From a virus (taxonomy: Duplodnaviria; Heunggongvirae; Uroviricota; Caudoviricetes), in IMG/VR virus record IMGVR_UViG_2617270938_000002: 13,037 bases of DNA; one strand, written 5' to 3'. The notes under the pieces are model-generated. The model was not told the origin of the DNA. It did no database searches and saw only the letters and a program-made list of their open reading frames with translations. Within the stretch, counting starts at the first letter, position 1, and each line of letters starts with the position of its first letter. The translations under genes were made by a program, and so were the position numbers. Shown piece by piece: positions 10,141 to 13,037 of this stretch.

Positions 10141-10700
10141 GCGTTAGTTTCTCCACAGTCACGACACGCCACGGCGCCCGGAGCTGCACACTCGCGGGCG
10201 TCATTACTTTCTGAAATGCAAAAAATTTTGTAGACCAGTGCTGCATGCTCCTGCAGCTTCGAAATTGAGAGGTACAGCTCGTCGTTAATTGCTGTCTTCT
10301 CATTCGGTTCCACTACACCGTCTTCAATTGCTGAACGAATCTGTTTTGAATAACTGCCGATCTGTTCAATGACTTCCAGCAGGCGCTGGTTTATATCGGC
10401 GTTCTCTACTTCCTCAATTTCAGGAAGCGATACGAACACCCCACCAGCAGACTGTGCGACAGCATCCGCAATGTAGTGAGTGCCAGCCGCGCGCTGTAAA
10501 ACCATTGCCCATCCCAGCGGGAAAATCTGATCGCCATAGGCACGAAGGCGGTTAAATAATGCGTTCTCTGTTACATCCAGCCAGTCAGCTGCTTCAGCGT
10601 AACCACCCGGCAACGCTGCGATAGTTTTTCTGACAGCTTTCACGTACCACTCAGGCTGTTTTTCTACTTTCCAGTGATACTTACCCACGGTTAGCCTCAT
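10137..10700 (-). CDS. Hypothetical regulatory protein at the cII position (possibly CII/YdaT-like), 187 aa, Cys-rich C-terminus
   Basis: Second gene of the rightward operon, directly after the cro-like gene. C-terminus [17 protein letters not shown] contains CxxC-like spacing. Family assignment is uncertain; an alternative GTG start at 10688 has a better Shine-Dalgarno. Confidence 0.45.
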   Translation of the reverse strand: MRLTVGKYHWKVEKQPEWYVKAVRKTIAALPGGYAEAADWLDVTENALFNRLRAYGDQIFPLGWAMVLQRAAGTHYIADAVAQSAGGVFVSLPEIEEVENADINQRLLEVIEQIGSYSKQIRSAIEDGVVEPNEKTAINDELYLSISKLQEHAALVYKIFCISESNDARECAAPGAVACRDCGETNA

Positions 10701-10731
10701 CGTTCTGTGGTTAAAAATTGAAGGTGTTCTG

Positions 10732-10932
10732 TTAATCTTTCGGATAGATATCCGGTCTTAAGTCAGATTTCGTAATTGCACCTGACGTGCATTGCTCAAG
10801 TTTTTTAGCCAGCACAAAACTGGCTTTTTTATAACCATTGAAAACCAGCCGTAAGTAGCCAGGTGTTGAGCCAACTTTTCCGGCCAACTCGCCCTGCTGT
10901 TCTTTGGTTAAAGAGTCCCAATACGCTTTCAT
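10732..10932 (-). CDS. Cro-like / YdaS-family HTH regulator, 66 aa
   Basis: MKAYWDSLTKEQQGELAGKVGSTPGYLRLVFNGYKKASFVLAKKLEQCTSGAITKSDLRPDIYPKD; the C-terminal LRPDI motif and HTH-like core resemble YdaS-type Cro analogues (from memory). ATG at 10932 is preceded by GGAGGT at a 9-nt spacing. The ORF-track version (10732..11037) would overlap the cI start, so the internal start is preferred. Confidence 0.6.
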   Translation of the reverse strand: MKAYWDSLTKEQQGELAGKVGSTPGYLRLVFNGYKKASFVLAKKLEQCTSGAITKSDLRPDIYPKD

Positions 10933-11022
10933 ACAATATGTACCTCCGGTATACATATTACATGATTGAAATGAACCTTCAAGATACTTGTACCTTATCG
11001 GTACAAAGGTTTTAATTTCGTT
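10933..11022. promoter_or_regulatory. Immunity-region switch (OR-like): divergent promoters plus two 17-bp operator-like sites
   Basis: Sites TGTACC-tccgg-TATACA (10939-10955) and TGTACC-ttatc-GGTACA (10989-11005; the arms extend to a TTGTACC/GGTACAA inverted repeat). Candidate pR on minus strand: -35 TTGAAG (10977-10982), -10 TAATAT (10955-10960), 16-bp spacer. Candidate pRM on plus strand: -35 TTGTAC (10988-10993), -10 TTTAAT (11011-11016), 17-bp spacer, which would give a near-leaderless cI mRNA. Confidence 0.5.
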
Positions 11023-11697
11023 ATGAAAACAATCCATGACATCCGGCGGTCTAACGCCAGAAAACTGAGAGATGGTGTTGGCGGAAATTCATCCTTTGCC
11101 ACCATGATTGATCGCGAGCCAACCCAAACCAGCAGGTTTATGGGGGATGGCGCTACTAAAAATATCGGTGACAGCATGGCACGGCACATCGAAAAATGTT
11201 TCGACCTGCCTGTCGGATGGCTTGATCAAGAACACCAGACAACGAACATCACAAAAAAACCTGATGTTTCAATCACTAACAAACAAATAACGTTAGTCCC
11301 TGTCATATCATGGGTACAGGCCGGAGCATGGAAAGAAGTTGGCTATTCTGAGGTTGATTTGAGCACAGCAGAAACGTATCCCTGCCCTGTACCCTGTGGC
11401 GAAATGACTTATATCTTGCGGGTGATTGGTGATTCAATGATTGATGAGTACCGCCCTGGAGACATGATTTTTGTTGATCCCGAAGTCCCTGCCTGCCACG
11501 GTGACGACGTTATTGCATTGATGCACGATACAGGCGAAACCACCTTCAAGCGATTGATAGAAGATGGAACACAGCGTTATCTCAAAGCATTAAACCCAAA
11601 CTGGCCTGAGCCTTACATTAAGATTAACGGTAATTGCTCTATAATTGGTACAGTGATTTTCTCGGGAAAACCAAGAAGATACACAATAAAGGCCTAA
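11023..11697 (+). CDS. CI-like prophage repressor with C-terminal S24 (LexA-like) autopeptidase domain, 224 aa
   Basis: C-terminal domain has an Ala-Gly cleavage-site candidate (WVQAGAWKE), the catalytic Ser context (VIGDSMIDEY) and the Lys context (TFKRLIEDG), closely paralleling lambda CI (GNSM ... FKKL). Divergently arranged with the cro-like gene. Confidence 0.8.
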   Translation: MKTIHDIRRSNARKLRDGVGGNSSFATMIDREPTQTSRFMGDGATKNIGDSMARHIEKCFDLPVGWLDQEHQTTNITKKPDVSITNKQITLVPVISWVQAGAWKEVGYSEVDLSTAETYPCPVPCGEMTYILRVIGDSMIDEYRPGDMIFVDPEVPACHGDDVIALMHDTGETTFKRLIEDGTQRYLKALNPNWPEPYIKINGNCSIIGTVIFSGKPRRYTIKA

Positions 11698-11709
11698 TCA
11701 ATATTTATG

Positions 11710-11733
11710 AACCTGCTTCGGCAGGTTTTTTTA
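11710..11733 (+). terminator. Rho-independent terminator after the cI-like gene
   Basis: Stem AACCTGC (11710-11716), loop TTCG, stem GCAGGTT (11721-11727), followed by a T-run through 11732. Confidence 0.7.
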
Positions 11734-11736
11734 TAC

Positions 11737-11769
11737 TTGACAATGTACCCATGAGATACATAATGTATC
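11737..11769 (+). promoter_or_regulatory. pL-like early-left promoter with overlapping operator
   Basis: Consensus -35 TTGACA (11737-11742); -10 candidate CATAAT (11759-11764) with a 16-bp spacer; operator-like TGTACC-catga-GATACA (11744-11760) with the same architecture as the two OR-region sites; perfect 15-bp palindrome GATACATAATGTATC (11755-11769) over the -10. Confidence 0.55.
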
Positions 11770-12202
11770 TAAAAGAAACATAACACAGGCAAGATTAAAA
11801 CAAAATTTGGTTGTAACACGGCGTATGGCACATGCGTCGTTAGCGGTCTGGTGACGTTAAAGGGGACAATCCACTCCTTGCTCGAGCAAACAAACCAGGT
11901 AGCCGGAATGTGCAAGTCAATGATGATGCTGATAAGACGCCTAACCAGCGTGGCGATTCGGTTTGACGCCTGGGAAGAGACCAGGGTGCAACGATGAGGG
12001 CATTTATGGAACCGCGACAAAGTGTGGTGCCGTAACTGGCTAAGTGCTCTCAGCGTTGTGGTGAATGCGCAGACTGATGCGCGAAAGACATTGCAGCTAT
12101 TGCGGAAAAGAGCTGTTCGGCGGGGCAATTAAACGCCCGTGAGAGTCTGAAATAACCGCAAGCCGGAGATCAGCACCGGTCACCACAACAGCCACTGCTT
12201 TG

Positions 12203-12337
12203 GCGGTACCAGTTTGTACACTTGCTTCCGGCTGGTACCGCTCTTTTTACAAAACAGAGAAGAGCATCACCGGACGACGGGCTCATAACCCAATCCATCC
12301 GGGCGGCTGCCACCGCAGGTGTTCTTCTCTGTTTTGT
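12203..12337 (+). promoter_or_regulatory. Structured leader elements upstream of the first early-left gene: two inverted repeats and a boxA-like motif
   Basis: Inverted repeat A: GCGGTACCAG (12203-12212) / CTGGTACCGC (12232-12241). BoxA-like CGCTCTTTTTA (12239-12249). Inverted repeat B: ACAAAACAGAGAAGAGC (12249-12265) / GTTCTTCTCTGTTTTGT (12321-12337), 17 bp with one G-T position, enclosing 55 nt. Function not established. Confidence 0.4.
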
Positions 12338-12385
12338 GGAGAAACTAATCGGCCTTGCAGGGTCGATATGATGAGGAGCAGCAAA

Positions 12386-12748
12386 ATGGCTAGCGAACGC
12401 AGTACTGATGTGCAGGCATTTATCGGGGAGCTGGACGGCGGCGTATTTGAAACCAAAATCGGCGCAGTTCTCAGTGAAGTCGCTTCCGGTGTGATGAACA
12501 CGAAAACCAAAGGTAAGGTCTCACTCAACCTGGAAATCGAACCATTTGATGAGAACCGTGTGAAAATCAAACACAAACTCTCATATGTTCGCCCGACTAA
12601 CCGCGGGAAAATTTCCGAAGAAGACACCACCGAAACGCCGATGTATGTCAATCGCGGTGGTCGCCTGACTATTCTGCAGGAAGACCAGGGACAATTACTG
12701 ACTCTTGCCGGTGAACCTGACGGAAAACTCCGCGCAGCAGGTCATTAA
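12386..12748 (+). CDS. Hypothetical early-left protein, 120 aa
   Basis: ATG at 12386 preceded by GAGGAG (12373-12378) at a 7-nt spacing. The ORF-track ORF 12200..12748 begins at a TTG and its first 62 residues are Cys/Arg-rich junk overlapping the leader stems, so the internal ATG is preferred. No family recognised. Confidence 0.6.
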   Translation: MASERSTDVQAFIGELDGGVFETKIGAVLSEVASGVMNTKTKGKVSLNLEIEPFDENRVKIKHKLSYVRPTNRGKISEEDTTETPMYVNRGGRLTILQEDQGQLLTLAGEPDGKLRAAGH

Positions 12749-12813
12749 TATCGTTCTTAATAAACTGATTATTTATCTCATCACTGAATATCTTTATATA
12801 GTGAGGACTTATT

Positions 12814-13037
12814 ATGTCTCAGAACTTAGACGCAACCGCAATTAATCAAATCCATGCCCTTATTTCTGCTCAGGGTGTTAATGAAATTATCAGTAAGATT
12901 GGTGCCGATGCTGTGGCATTGCCTGAGAATTTCCGCATTCATGATCTGGAAAAATTTAATTTAAATCGCTTCCGTTTCCGTGGTGCGCTTTCCACTGCCA
13001 GCATCGATGACTTTACCCGTTATTCTAAAGATCTTGC
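12814..13037 (+). CDS. Hypothetical protein, N-terminal 74 codons; gene runs off the right edge of the window
   Basis: ATG at 12814 preceded by GAGGA at about 7 nt; open to the window end ([74 protein letters not shown]...). Not in the ORF track because there is no stop in the window. No family recognised. Confidence 0.55.

Noticed and set aside
11769-12128. 119-aa minus-strand ORF in the early-left leader
   Set aside because: Antisense to the pL-like transcript, no ribosome-binding site, hydrophobic/Cys-rich composition with no protein-like pattern; the region is treated as non-coding.
12200-12385. TTG-initiated 62-codon N-terminal extension of the 12200..12748 ORF
   Set aside because: The extension overlaps the leader inverted repeats and is Cys/Arg/His-rich; a strong GAGGAG-ATG start at 12386 gives a cleaner 120-aa protein.
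12283-12651. 122-aa minus-strand ORF
   Set aside because: Antisense shadow of the 12386..12748 gene.

Overview
This window reads as a defective lambdoid prophage segment of Enterobacteriaceae (E. coli-like) type, not as a clearly novel system. All homology statements are from reading the ORF translations against remembered lambda-family proteins; no database search was run. Left to right on + coordinates: a minus-strand tail-tip/fibre module (stf N-terminal part, lom, a short J, I, K, L, M, and only the C-terminal part of the tape-measure gene H); an abrupt junction at about 6950-7370 where head, packaging, lysis and late-regulation genes are missing; a minus-strand early-right block (KilA-N protein, a 47-aa LexA-like mini-ORF, a PerC-like regulator, an O-like replication initiator with iterons, a 112-aa unknown, a cII-position protein, a YdaS/Cro-like gene); a divergent immunity switch; a plus-strand cI-like S24 repressor with terminator; then a pL-like promoter, a roughly 600-nt structured apparently non-coding leader, and two unidentified early genes at the right edge. 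The least explained parts are the structured leader and the two unknown early-left genes, followed by the LexA-like mini-ORF/KilA-N arrangement; these are candidates only.
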